DNA from: Tubulanus polymorphus
Lineage: Eukaryota > Animalia > Nemertea
Assembly (NCBI RefSeq): GCF_964204645.1
Contig: NC_134026.1
Coordinates: forward strand, 4,673,950-4,737,949
Direction of reading: 5' to 3'
DNA length: 64,000 nt
This document shows, piece after piece, positions 1-14,300 of this stretch. The first letter of the stretch is position 1. Each line of letters opens with the position of its first letter. The notes under the pieces were generated by a model. That model had not been told where the DNA came from. It made no database searches and saw nothing but the letters and a program-made list of their open reading frames with translations. The translations under genes were made by a program, and so were the position numbers.

Positions 1-1268
1 GCTGTACTTCTGCGCAAAGTTCCAATCATACGGAACACGATGTAATGTGATAAATGCCTGTACTAACACTCGCACTGTCGTGACTTCGAACCAACAAGAT
101 CTGCATCGTGCAGAACATTTACTAATCTCAAATCGAATACGTTCTATACTTAAGTTTCGATAATCCGTCAAACTCAATCGCACCGTCGGCCGCTGTGCTG
201 TAGTTCGTACAGCTGAACGATTTCTCGTCTACTAAAAAGCGAAAAATGCAATATGCAAAAGCCGAGTACCATCGGATGCGGTTAAAAACTTCTCGTTAGA
301 AAAAAGTTCTTATTTGCAGTGAAAATACAGAAATCCCGAAATCTGTTCAAATACATTAAAAACATTGCAATTTTATTGTGATATGTTGCATTTTGCAGGA
401 AGTATGTTGACTGGGCGCATAACTCGTCAGTATATACTAGTGCTGGTTTTGTTGTTTATCTAAAAAATCTGCGCTGTTTTGATATCAGGTTTATACGGCT
501 CGGCTACAACTTATTTTACTTTATATATAAGGTTTTTACATCGGTTCTCTAGTGTACGAAGACGGCGTGTCCTTACCGAGTTGCGCAGCGATTTTCGGTA
601 TCATTCGTAAAATCAAGCGTATAATTGCCTACCGATATCGACATTATTCGTTTCTTTCTGATAAAAGCATCAGAGGCATCACCATCGATTGCCACGCAAC
701 GGTGCAACCGTGGAATTAACCTGCACTGATACGTGCACACTATAACGCGGGCGATTCCGTATAACGGGAAGTTTGGACGGCAAGCTGAGGGCTAGCGTGG
801 CTAGCGTATCCTGATAAAGCTGGGAAATATTATCGCTAAAACGTTTTATTCGCGCTTAAGGCAGAGCAGGCAGCCGCGGAAATTTTTAATAAGAACGTCT
901 CGCATCGTTTCCCTTCAGTCCGGCTGGTATTGTAGCTGGGTAATGTGAAATTCATGTTCGCGTCGCATTTTATTACATTACACGTGCACCAAAACGATCG
1001 CGGCAGTAGTGAAATAGCGCCAAACTGTAATATAAGGTCGTAACCCGGTAGCTTTTCGATGCGGGTATATCGCGGCGGCGAATCGGAGTTCGTTTGCGTT
1101 CTATAAAACAGAATCGATACATGTTGAAAAGGGTTAAAAGTTAAGACGTCGGTAAGATATACAGAATCCACTTCTATCCATCAGACTGGGAGAGATTATA
1201 GCTTACCTCATATAGCTGGAGAGTCTTACACCTGTGTGTACGACGTACAAGTTATTTAGAGAGCGCTG

Positions 1269-1276
1269 TGACGTCA
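1269..1276. promoter_or_regulatory. Palindromic CRE (TGACGTCA) upstream of the first Kv2 coding exon
   Basis: Perfect CREB/ATF site within gtgacgtcac, ~280 bp before the ATG; function not shown. Confidence 0.3.
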
Positions 1277-1553
1277 CGCGTTGATGACGTGTACACACAA
1301 CTCGTTTCGTCATCGCTACATTTATTGCATTACAGGCTCCCCACGCTTTAAACATCCGACGCGAAAATACACTTTTATTAAGCTATTGATGAACGCAAGG
1401 AGCTCCGGCGCCGAGGGCAATTTTATAATGGTATTGATAATTCATATGTGTTTTTATTTGTAGAACGCGGCGTAGGATGTAATACGTACACGAGTGTAGA
1501 CGTCTAGCGTTGAAGTATGTGAGGAAGAGGCGCGAGTGGAGGACGAAAGGGGC

Positions 1554-2381
1554 ATGTTTTATCACAGTTCACAGAATCAGGGGCAACCGGAAGGCCCTAC
1601 TTCTGTAGCAACGGCGGCTGCGCACGCCCTCGTTGCCAGAGGAAATTCCATCCGGAGCACGACGACTTCTGACAAACCGAGTCTTTCTCGGCACGAAAGT
1701 GTGATCAGTTCGGAACCCCCCGCGAGGGAAATGTCGGTGAAAAAACACCGCGGCGGCGGCGGCGGTGGCGGTGAGAGGGATAATAAACCCGATGCGAAGG
1801 TCACTGGGAATCTCATGCCGCCGATGATGACCACCCAGCCTCAACAAACACCACCGATCAACCCACCGGATCCATATATGATTATGAGGAGTAGACAACT
1901 CAATAGTCGTGTCGTGATCAACGTAGGAGGTGTTAAACACGAGGTGCTATGGAGGACCCTAGACCGTATGCCACATACGAGACTGGGCCGGCTTCGGGAA
2001 TGCAACACTCACGAAGCAGTCATGCAAATTTGTGATGATTATAGTTTAGTGGACAATGAATATTTTTTCGATCGCCACCCGCGGTCTTTTGCTTCCATAT
2101 TGAATTTCTATAGAACAGGAAAGCTACATTTGGTGGAGGAAATGTGCGTCCTCAGTTTTAGTGAGGATCTGGAATATTGGGGCATCGACGAACTGTACCT
2201 CGAATCGTGTTGTCAACACAAATACCACCAGAAGAAGGAACACGTTTACGACGAGATTCGCAAAGAGGCCGAAAGCCTAAAACAACGCGAGGAAGAGGAT
2301 TTCGGTACCGGACCATTCTCTAAATGGAGGATGAAGGTCTGGGATCTTCTGGAAAAACCTCAAACTTCAACGGCAGCCAGA
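1554..2381 (+). CDS. Shab: Kv2 exon: N-terminus and T1/BTB tetramerisation domain
   Basis: ORF 1536-2480 translation; donor AGA|GTAAGT at 2381/2382. Confidence 0.95.
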
Positions 2382-5300
2382 GTAAGTAATTTTCGCATTT
2401 ACGCTTTCGCTTACAGTCTTCTTTATACATATATAAATGTATATGAATTTTCGTTTGAATTTCTTACCCCTTTATTATGATCATTTCTATATTTATATAA
2501 TTCAGAAATATTTTTTCATATTCCGTCATTTTTGCACATTATGTATGCGTATGTGTAGGATGAAAATGATTATGTTAGTGTATTAATTTCTTGCTGCGTG
2601 TAGCCTTGGATTGAATGATAGTTATCACGTAGGCTTAGCTATATATTCACTCTTGAAATTAGCGCTTGGTTATTTTCTGGCATTTGACTGAAAACAAAAC
2701 TAGAAGAAGCATCAATTGGAGAATCGTTTGAAAGTAGTAAAAGTTTGCATCGGACATGAAACAGGACTAGAACTATTAGGCTGGCTTTACGTAATTCCGA
2801 CATAATCTAATATATATCTAGGACCAAGTTTACGAGTTAAATTATTAGAAAATGGATAAGATAACCCCGCAGTGAATAGACTTTTGTAGTACTATTCATC
2901 ATATCTCGGGATATAAGATACAATGCTCTCTGAAGTGCTAAGAATCTTGGCAAAAAATCGTTTATATATCATACAAAACTCCCGCGTGTAGAGGTATGCG
3001 GCTTCCCTTGTGTTTACAGACAAACAGTAAAGTATATATAGAACCTGTTCCTCCTGCCAGGCAAGAAACGTAATCTCTGTGGACTTTTTTATTTAGTCGG
3101 CGTGTTGTATCTCACCATTATCAAAAATACACAAAGCAGTTTTCGGACACTTTAGGCGTATATTAGCAAAATGGAGATCGAATCGCATCAAGCGTTTATG
3201 CAACACGAAAAAAGTATATTTGGCCATTTCGAGATTTACCGACATTAGGTTAAGATATGGTTTATGATCTCTCATGACCATTCTCGAACAGTGTAATGTA
3301 GCCTATTCTCTCGTCAAAATTAGAGACTTTATCTTCTCTCTACCGTAATGTCTAGTTTTATGATAGATGCGAATCCATGGTAACCGAAATTGCCGCATCT
3401 GCCTACACACAGGGAGTCAGCTACTGTTGACGGTACGAACTATACAAATCAATACAGCATCTGATTCTCGTCAGGCATATTAGACGCTGCGATTATCAGA
3501 ATCACCAACCGAATATCTACAGCATTTTCATACTATACCCAACTCGGCGGTAACTGCTTATTTTTAGATTCGTCGGTAACATTTCTATTTCTATACGAAA
3601 TTCGAAATTCTGACGGTTTTCCTCGGTAATGGTTTCAGCACTTGTTGACGTCCTGTGAAACCGAGCAGCCGAATAGGAACTTTCGGACGTTCTCTCTTCA
3701 GAAAAACCATGCACCGAGTTCGATAATGCATCTATGTACATTAATTTAGCCACGATAGCCCTTCGCAAACAGTGAAGTACGCTTTTATCTCTCGGCAAAT
3801 TACTTTACCCGTCCATTTTATATCCACGCTTGTTTGACCAAGTGGTGGCGTTTCTTATAACAATGCTGTTCAGACGAGGCAATAGATAACATAAGTATGT
3901 CGCCAATCTGATGCGATATTTTTATCTATTTTTAAGATCGTTTTTGATGGCATCCGATGGCTACTGTGTGTTTTAGATACTGATTAATTACAGGAATTCT
4001 ATACGGATAACCGACCGTTTTAGGATAACGATTTTTTAAAGAGATTTAATGTTCGTGTCGTCACGCGAGGCTCCATCCGAACTTATGTATAATAAATACT
4101 CAAGCGTGGTGACAAAACGTTGCAATTATCCCGAGCAAACAGTGTACGATCCTCGGAGGATTTGCTTCGTTTATCCATAAAATCATATCAGAAGCGGAAT
4201 GGATGAATGCGCACTGGGACCCGCCGGATCTGATATAATGCAATCGGAGTCGATTTTTCATTTTTTGATTAAACCATAAACACGCTATACCGCAAAGGCA
4301 AAGCTGTTAGAACCCCTCCAACCGATCCCACGCGCAAGAACGCGAGTTCTTTTAGGATATATATATGTATATTTCTGAGCCCCTTAATCCGGTATAGTAA
4401 GACTCTGCATAGACTATACATGCATTTGTGTTTTGAAGGAAGCAGGCGTAATTGCATGAACGATGCATTCGTTTCAAAAATTCAGATAAAATGATGTTAG
4501 ACTTTCGTTGTTTGGTTAACGGCGAAAGCGCTAAGCTAAGATTTATACGAACTATGAACGTAGCGTCGACGAATTATTTTGGGGTCTAATCCCTAGTAGA
4601 TTTAGACGTCTATCTCTAAGCCCTCTCGTATTCGTCCCGATGCATTCATGTATTTTCATTATTTCATAAATTATACATTTGGGGCCGATTTACGAGCTGG
4701 ATGGCAGCGAGTATTGCATGCGTATTGCTGGATTAGTATTCCATGGGAGTACTTAATGGTTTTATGGCGCTTGGAATTGTTTCAATATCCATAGACCAAT
4801 CAGGTTTACTCGAAACGGGCGAAAGGTCGGGACATTTACTCGATTGGAATATGCTATTATTATTCACCGCAGCCAAAATATCCTCAAATAGAATGCGCGA
4901 TACATTTTTAGAAAATATTTTGAAAACAGGATTTCTTTTGTCTTTAATGTGTTTCAAATACGAGGATGTCTGCTTTTAGTTTTCACGAAAAAAAAGCATA
5001 AAAACGTTACGTCCACGACAAATATCAGACCTAGAAATATGAACGCTGTTATTCAATCAAAAAGAATGATTATTTCCTTATCATTAAGAAATCACAATTA
5101 AGAAAACGTCGTGATGTGAATTTTATTTGAAAAATCCTTAAGTCTTCTATAAGAACTAATAACTAAATTCGATTTCTCGATTAGATTTCAAATGGAATAT
5201 CACCTATATCTAATTTAGATTTCCATCCAAAGAATAATTGCGAATAGTTTCTTTGAAAACGGAACATATTGACTACATGTTTTAGTTACATGATGCCTTT

Positions 5301-8300
5301 TGTTTCATATTCGCTTAATTGTAATTGTTAGGTATTTTACTGATTAGGGTGGCGATGTGTAGAACATAGACGCTGCATTCGCTGTAGTTGGTGTTGGTCG
5401 ATGTCTTAACGTATTTCATAATTCTTGGAATCATTATGATAAAAAGAAAACATCATTTTTATCTAGCGATCGGATGATGATGAAAAAGAAAAAAAAACAA
5501 AATATATTTCGAAAGTATTTCGGAAAACCTGCTGTTGTGGTTGTTAAAATTTTCCATTTGTTCGTTTACGGACTATGCGAAAATAATGATACGATGATAG
5601 TCATCCAGACGACTGATCTGTTATCGATATATGCTTTGTGATGATACATTCACTAATCAGAATATGAAATTTTAATTTCTACGTCTAGGAGAATTTGACG
5701 CAGTGCGAGACTTGTTGGCATGTTATGGGACAGGTACGATGATGTTTAAGCGATGATGTTTAAGCCCTGCTTAGGCTGAGCACGCACGTCACTAATCTTT
5801 TGCCCAGTGATGCCACACATTTCAATAAAGCCTATTCTCAGATTAAACTAACCTTCGTCTATTTTTGCCCGCGGAACAATCCCTCAAAAAACTAATGATA
5901 AATATGTAGCCGTTGTACCATTCCATTCCTAATAATTCCCCAGATTTTAAGATCAAACCTGCAAGGCTATGACCTCATCACTGGAGAAAACAATAGCATG
6001 CTAAACGACGATCAATTCTGTGTAGTTCAGTAATTTTAAATGGTTAGGTATTCATCGTTGGGCGACTGTATTGAATAAGTACTGCGCATTGTCGAATTTT
6101 GTGAGGTCCTTTTTCTAGGACGATCACCCGCTACATATGTAGTCGTATATTGTTTATGGGGTACCTACATCGTTGTCTGACATGTCACTCTCGTTATATA
6201 GTTTGTGTTAATGAAGCATGAAAATCGTCACCCATCCACAAACCATCCTAACGCTTTTAGAACGAAAGAAACCTTTTCTCATAATGTAAACGACGCCTGT
6301 GTATAATATGTGTGTTACTCTTGTGCCACGAAAAATCACGTAACGACGTGTTCTGTGTTTGCCGACATTTTCTCAGAGGTGGCAGTTTGTCATAGACTCC
6401 CGTCGATGAAGTTCACCGGTTTAGTATCCAAAAAATGTACGATGTATAATGTATTATTCGACGACGATGTACTTGAAGCTGCAGATATTGAGGAGATAAT
6501 TGATATATCTGGTTCTTTTTGGAAAAATTGCATTGCTGCTTCTTCAAGTTATCCCCTTTTCGTACATGTATATGTCATATCACAAGGGCACCTAAATTTT
6601 CTTTCCGAAACATACATTTCATTTTAAAAAAGTATACTTGATGTTTGTACTTCGCGATAAAGATATTTGATATTTAGAGGCCGAGCGAAATTTGCATCGT
6701 TAGCGGAACGTGATCGACGATTGGCAACTAAATTGTGTCAGTATATTGGATTATCTATTTTGGTTAGGTGCCCTGCGGTTAGTCGATGTTATGTAGGAGT
6801 AGTTAGTTCTATTCGCATTAGTTAGTTTTTTTCTGCAAGTCGATACTAATCGATATTGTTAACACGCACCCGACACACGCATATAAAATCACAAAATGAG
6901 ACACAGAAACGTGGAACGAAATATAGCTGCGTATATAGCGGTGGCAAGCTTCAAATGACGAATATAGAAAAACACAGTCGCAATCGCCTCGTTCATTGAA
7001 ATCACGATGCAGAGTTATGTTAGACCGCATAAGAGTCGTCCTATGATTTAGACGCTATACTGAAATATGTTGCTTATTAGAACTTTCTTTGGACTGACTT
7101 TACTTACAATTTTTTATATACATGCATGATTGTCATCATACATTTCGAGCTTTTGCATATTTCTTGTTACATTTTGTTACGTTTTACTAAAACATTCGCG
7201 ATTGAAGCAAAGACATTTTCAACATTTCTACACGTTGCATATTAACTGCATGCGTTTTATCTTCCAATAGATCAGTTTTTCACTTATATCTGTATATTTC
7301 CAAATATAGACTTCTTCAATACTAGTTTAAAGTACTACTCGATATATATTATATAGAAATAAATAGAAGTAGGCTTCGTATTATTATATAATCCTACGTA
7401 TTGATTAATTAACTTATTATCAGTAATTTGATAATGATCTAATCAGATGATTTTCAGAATTTCAGGCGACTTCGTTAGTCATATTATTACTAATAAATGC
7501 TAAGAATTGGTAGAGTGACAATGACTCAGTTATACTTATACAACACATACAACCGTCGATCTGTCTCTCAACAATACAAACCTGTTCCTCTTCTCTGTCG
7601 CCTCTGTACCTCACCACCCACCCACTCCGACTGTCATGTGAAAGGGTGCTTCTCGTTTTTTTTTCTGTTGGTTGTGGTAATAGTTTTTTCTATATGTTAA
7701 CATACTCAAATGATGTTCATTCGTTGATTATTACAATAAGCATTATGTATGAAAGATTACATATCGTTTGTAATGTTTTTTTTTCTTCAAATATGTATTT
7801 GAGATCGTTTCTGTAAATAACTGACTTCTTAATGATATGCCGAACACCTAAAAAACCTGAAAATCTCAGTTTAAGCCCGTCCAGTCGGCTTAGGTGAACG
7901 TCGTTATCGGAGTTAGTCGACTATTTGCGAACTAAGTGAAACCGAATGTCAGTTATTCGGAGCTATGGTCCGGAAATAGTTGACCACGGGATTGAGTACG
8001 GTCGCTGTAGTACGGACCTATTTCCAAGATGGCGGCATTGGAAAATGCGCTACGACCGAACTAAAGCGTGTTACTAGCACCGACCACGAGTCGACTAACT
8101 ACGAAAACCGAAGTTCGCTTCGATAGTTACGTAAAAACATCAATAGATGACTCTACAGTGAGTTGATGTGGATGTTATTTTGCTACTTTCAATGGTGTTC
8201 ACTACAGATTATAGTTTTTGATCGGAGTCTTATTTACAAGAAACGCCGCGCCACTGTTGACATGATTGTATGAATATGATGAGCAAAAACTATGTTGTAT

Positions 8301-11300
8301 TAGTTTGATGTGATTGGTAACGGGACCTTTGTCATATCTGACGTCTCCATCAGAAAACACACGACAAATACGATCTATTTTAGACACCAATTCGGAATAG
8401 GCCAGCATGACTTAATTTTTGGATACTAAACTAATTTTACGACCTCGTTGTATGACATTTTAGTGTATATATATATAATCTATAAGCAAATCGGAGGACG
8501 CAGCATAGTAAAATGGCAAAAACGCTGACGAATTTGTAATTCAAAAATTTGAACACGAAGAAAACCGTATTCCCTACCATTTGCGTTGGCGTAATTTCCA
8601 AATTTCAACCGCGAGAGCTCGACAATGATTTAAGATTTGCTTACGCTTTGAAAAACAAAGAAGTGTAGGAAATTAATTCGAATCATTTCATCATCAGACG
8701 AAGTCTGGTGGCATTTCCCCTGAATAATTCTCCCCCCATAAAACCTATCGGGAGTTGCTCTTTGCCGTCAATTTAATGCCGTCAATAAATTACAGCTCGT
8801 TAACGCGACGATGCTACCTCGACGGCGTTATTCGTTCGTGTAAATTGAACCTACAACAGTTAACATTCGGTGATAATCTCCCCGCGAGTCAGTAGCTATA
8901 CGTTATAACAAAAATAATCCCATTAAATCATTCTCACACTCTTCTTTTCTAGTCTTCCGATGCCCTTGATGATGATAATTTGACCTTCAAAATTATACAT
9001 ATACATTTTGCGTAAAATACCTTAATATCTATATTCATTAAATCGTAGTTTTCGTGTACGGCGGGAGGGTGCAGCGGAAACGGAATTCACGCCGAAGAGA
9101 TCGATAGTGCCAGTGCGTAACTTGCCTCTTGACCACCTAGAAATGGTGGCACAAAATTCAAAATGTAATCGGCAACCAATTAGTTCGTCGTTAATGGATT
9201 CTTTGAGGACGAAAATCAATTTGAAAACTTCGGTCGATAGATAGGACTATTCCACATCGAAAACCGAATCAATATTTTCGAAAACCTATTATCAAATGCG
9301 TGTTCCTCAAATTAGAATATTATCTTGTATACGTCTTCGGTTATTTGAAGTGTATCTCACGCGTCCTAAGGATGAGTGCCAGACCGATATTATGTACGAT
9401 CCATGCATATGACATATACCGCGTAATTTCACGCTGATTGGGCGCCTTCGTCATTTCGGAGGATCTCGTCTGATTAATCCTGCTCGCCAAATATGACCAG
9501 TATTATCCCAGTTTGACGTATTACAACTTCATCGGCGTTACTGCGTATTTGACTATGAATGTGGATGTGCTTGATAATGGATATAACAGCATGAAGCCAT
9601 GCTATTTGATGTGCTGGATGTAAATAATGTTACTGACCATTATTATTATCATGCTGTCTGTGTCGAAACCCATCGTCTGTATATATCTATACATAGCAAG
9701 ACATGAATAACCCAGTGTTTTACGTGTATTTACGCGTATAATGTATTATATACATGTATATTATGAACGGTGTTTTATTTTTATCAGTGTTTTCTCAAAA
9801 ATTAATAGATAAGCCCGAGCTAAGAAAGAAAAATTTGAGTGAGAAACTCTTTCAGATATATCACATGTATTTATATTACATAGAACACGTCTAGTTGTCT
9901 AACATGTCTAAAGATTCGAGTGTAATTTGCATAAAACGATTGAACGAAAAATAAGATAATGCTTATTGTTCGAAATGAATCATTACTCATGTTATCACCA
10001 GTTTCGTTCGCTCACCCAAAATGTGTTGCTTTGATAAATGCGCGGTATTTTGAACAGTTTCAGTATCGTTCATGTTCACGTCCTGATAGTGACGATACTT
10101 ATGGAAACCATTGCTATGACAACGTGATTGTTTACTTTCAGGTGTTAGCCGTCGTTTCTATATTGTTCATCATCTTGTCTACTATTGCATTGACGCTTAA
10201 TACCATTCCCGATATACAAGAGAGGGGCCCAAATAAAGAACCAATCGACAACCACCATCTTGTAATCGTGGAGGCAGTCTGCATCGGATGGTTCACGCTA
10301 GAATATCTCTTACGATTTTGGGCCTCGCCGAACAAATGGAAATTTTTCAAAGGGCCTCTAAATGTTATAGATTTGTTAGCTATTTTACCGTACTTCATTT
10401 CCCTCGGTTTAGTCGAATCAAATAAAAGTACTGAACAATTCCACAACGTTCGTCGCGTGGTACAAATCTTCCGTATTATGCGAATACTTAGAATATTAAA
10501 ACTTGCTAGACACTCGACCGGTCTGCAATCTTTAGGATACACGTTACAGAGAAGCTATAAGGAACTAGGACTCCTAATGATGTTTCTCGCGATAGGGATA
10601 CTGATGTTTTCTAGCCTTGCCTATTTTGCCGAAAAGGAAAACAACAAAGGCATGTTTAAAAGTATCCCCGAAACGTTTTGGTGGGCTGCAATCACCATGA
10701 CAACTGTAGGGTACGGTGATATTTATCCGAAATCGACACTCGGTAAAATTGTAGGTAGTGTGTGTTGTATTTGCGGCGTGTTAGTTATTGCTCTACCAAT
10801 TCCTATCATTGTTAACAATTTTGCCGAGTTCTACAAGGATCAGATGCGACGAGAGAAAGCCCTGAAACGAAAAGAGGCACTCGAGCGAGCGAAACGGAAC
10901 GGCAGTATTGTAAGCTTCCATTCCGTGAATCTACGAGATGCTTACGCCCGCAGTGTCGAACTGATCGATATAACCACAGACGGTGTCCGGAACCGACCCA
11001 GTGTCTACCCAGACACACCACTGAGTTTAAACAACAGTACTTCCAGTCCGCCGCCGTGTGTTCTGAGGCTCAACGAGCACACGACACGACACGCAGACGC
11101 CAAAGATATTCTTCAACAGGGACAGAAATCCGCCAATCCTAGTTCCAACAATCTTCTAGACGTCGACGAGGTCTCGTTGCAAAGAATGACGTCATCACAA
11201 CCCATGCTCAACCTAAACGCACAGGTGGGTCAATAACCCAGGCCGATGTTATTTTCTAAAGATCTGTATCCGCCGTGAACTGTTGTCCAGTGGTTGCTGA

Positions 11301-14300
11301 TAGAATTGTTTCCATTGTGTCAAGATCGGTCAGTTCATTATAACTGCCTTCAATATCCCCGAGCAATTCGATACCTTAATCGAGATCATCATCACAGAGG
11401 CAGATTCTCCTAGTTAGTGCACGTTTAGGAATCGACCTTTGATTGATTGATTTTGATTAAACCATTTAATCCCCGGACATCACAAATGGAATTTTAGATT
11501 TTATGGCAAATAAAACAATTTCACCCCAAATGATTTCACCCCATCAATTGTTTTCATCAAATTGAAGCATATGCTTCAGTTCCAGCACTGACAATAGAAA
11601 CAGTTCTCGAGCCGATGCACATCAGATTTTATGGTGATTAAAAGTTGCTTCATGTACTTGTTTATTGCAGCTCTATCGGGTATGTACAAATAATACCGGC
11701 TGCGAGATATGAGTGTTTTTTTTGCTACCACACTTAGATACATAGATGCCGCGGGATTTCATTTCGTATTCATAGCGTTCTCAAGCATGAATAATGAAAC
11801 CGTAATTCAATTAGCGCAAAGTGAATGTACTGCGATCAAACATATAATAATGCGATATTCATCCTATAAGTAAATAAACGATTTAGTAATTACAGCGTAG
11901 TAAGTAGGTGGTAAGAGGTATAGTGCGTTTAGACTGCCATTCGCTCGGTAGTCAAACGACGAAATGATAAATTAAATATTCTTGTTACTTGTAACGAACT
12001 AGCGAAATTCAATTATTTCATATTTTTAGGATATAAATTACATTGATGCAAACGGAGGACATAAAAACTCTATTGAAATGCGTGATCTTGGACGGCAAGG
12101 CAGTAATGCCAGTAGTGACACCTATGCCAGCTGCTATACTCACCCACCAAGCCAAGCAAGCCCGTCAAATCCGGACCCGATGAATCGGCATAACCTTTAT
12201 ATAAACCCGCTTGACCAGCCGGTGGACCCAGCACCACCCTACGATTCCGTTTACCCAGATCATCCTCCACCCTGTAAGTTATCCCCTTGCTCAGATCAAT
12301 TTGTGCAAAAACTTGACGAGGGATTAACCGCCACTTGGCAACTGGCACACCCACCGCTGTCTCCAACCTCTGCAGACGAGGACAAATCAAATACTAGTGG
12401 CGGAGAGGAGAAACCATTATCAAAACGTACCAAATCACTTCCGTTAGGCAGAAGGGCCAGGTTTACCGATAGCGATAGTCAAAAAAGTACATCAACAGAC
12501 TCTATCAATTCGCAGGGTTCTACGAGAAGTCGAACCCGATTTAGGCCCCCGTTTATTACCAAATTACAATCGTCGAGTCCGGCGACGGGGAAAAAGTTGG
12601 CTAACTACCATCTTATTAGTAATGCTCGAGGTAAGTCGATCATCGTTTCGGCTAAACGTCTGTAGTGTCTTTCATTTTCTAACCTAGCTGGGTGTGTCAA
12701 TATACATATATCTCTATTATTCAAGTGTGTCTGCACGATGTCTGACATAGGTTGGTGTTGTAGAGCGGTGTACGTGCCTTGCTAAACGCGGGATAATGTC
12801 TAGGACCTCTTCGCTTACCGAGGCTCCGGGCGAACCTCGTTCATTCACCGATGCCGAAGGTTCGTCCGAGTCGCTGGTAAGCGTGGACATATAGATATCC
12901 ATGTATTTTTTAAATATTATTTTCGTTATCCAACTATTTTTCATTTCAATGTTCTTTATATACTTTTCATATTCTGTGTCTTACATACGAAGAATCTGTC
13001 ACGTTAAACATCTAATTATATATAAACATCAAAACGCGTTTCTACTATTAAGTGGTGCTTGAAACAAAATGCCTACGTCAAATTTTGCCCAATAAATGTC
13101 TTCAGAAAATACTATTTGTAAACGAGTTCGTCACCATTATATCGAGGCAACGATTTTGAAAATATTTCTGAAATATCTTACCAGCTTCGCATGCCTATAA
13201 GTAGCATACACCAATTTTCTGTCAGACTGAGATAATGCTACTCTCCAACTCTTCCAGGTTACGAGATATCTAATGTTTTGCATGAGCTGCCTTTACCGGA
13301 GCAAACGATTCTAACATAATTCACACTTAATTTCAAATGAATATTTCAGAGAACGCACTTTTCCAGACACGAGTTTCGTTCGTCATAGCTGTTACTAAAC
13401 CATCCGAGAACTTCATCATGACCGACCTAAACTTGGTCATAACGCGATACCATTTCAGGGGCGAATTTGATCTAGATATTGGCCTGAATCAAAAATGAAA
13501 ATTTCTTGAAATATTTCGGTTGCAATTTTTTGGCATGTTTCTTCCTATCTGTTATACTACAGTCCGTAGTTTATGTACGATGCATGTGTTTTCTCCACTA
13601 CCCTCGATTACTGACAATGACTGAATGTTCAGCGTCAACATTAATCGCCCATTTAGCGATAGTTTTTATTGCGCAATTTCATCATTGCGATAAAGAATAA
13701 TAATTGTTTAATGTTTTATAACAACATCGATTTTCACTCTAAACATTGCAGCATACGAAAGTTTGTCAATGCGAGTGTGTGCGCGCGTTAGGAGGGTATT
13801 TTCGAAGTGCTACCGACAGGCTCTTCGTGCTCACCCTTGGCGCACTCGTTCCCATCAACGTTCGTTTTTCACGATTATACATGATTATGGTCTAATTTGT
13901 AGCCAATAAACGACGACACAGTTTAAGCGATGACGATGCTACCGACTACTCGTTGCAATGAAAGTGAGACAAGTTCCCTTGTTTTGTTTTTCGAAAGTAG
14001 AATTTTCTATAGCATTCTCATTGATTTTGTTTTCATAACAAATGCGTTCATGTTGCGCTGGTAAACGATGAAATAAGAAAAAAAACGATAAGTGTTTTGT
14101 TGCCAAAACACGTGGAATGTTTGAGTCTAACTGACGGAATACGGCGGTGACTGATATAGCCATTTCGGCAAAATTAACTCCTTCAAAAGTTTTCATTTTA
14201 GACTGAACATTTAGGTTGGCTTAAATCAACCGCCGTTCTTTGATTTTATTTCCGTTTACCAGCAGCATATTTTTTGTGTGTGGTTTTTACAAAGCGTGTC

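Noticed and set aside
9959-10141. N-terminal extension of the 425-aa ORF
   Set aside because: Intronic read-through upstream of the true acceptor at 10141
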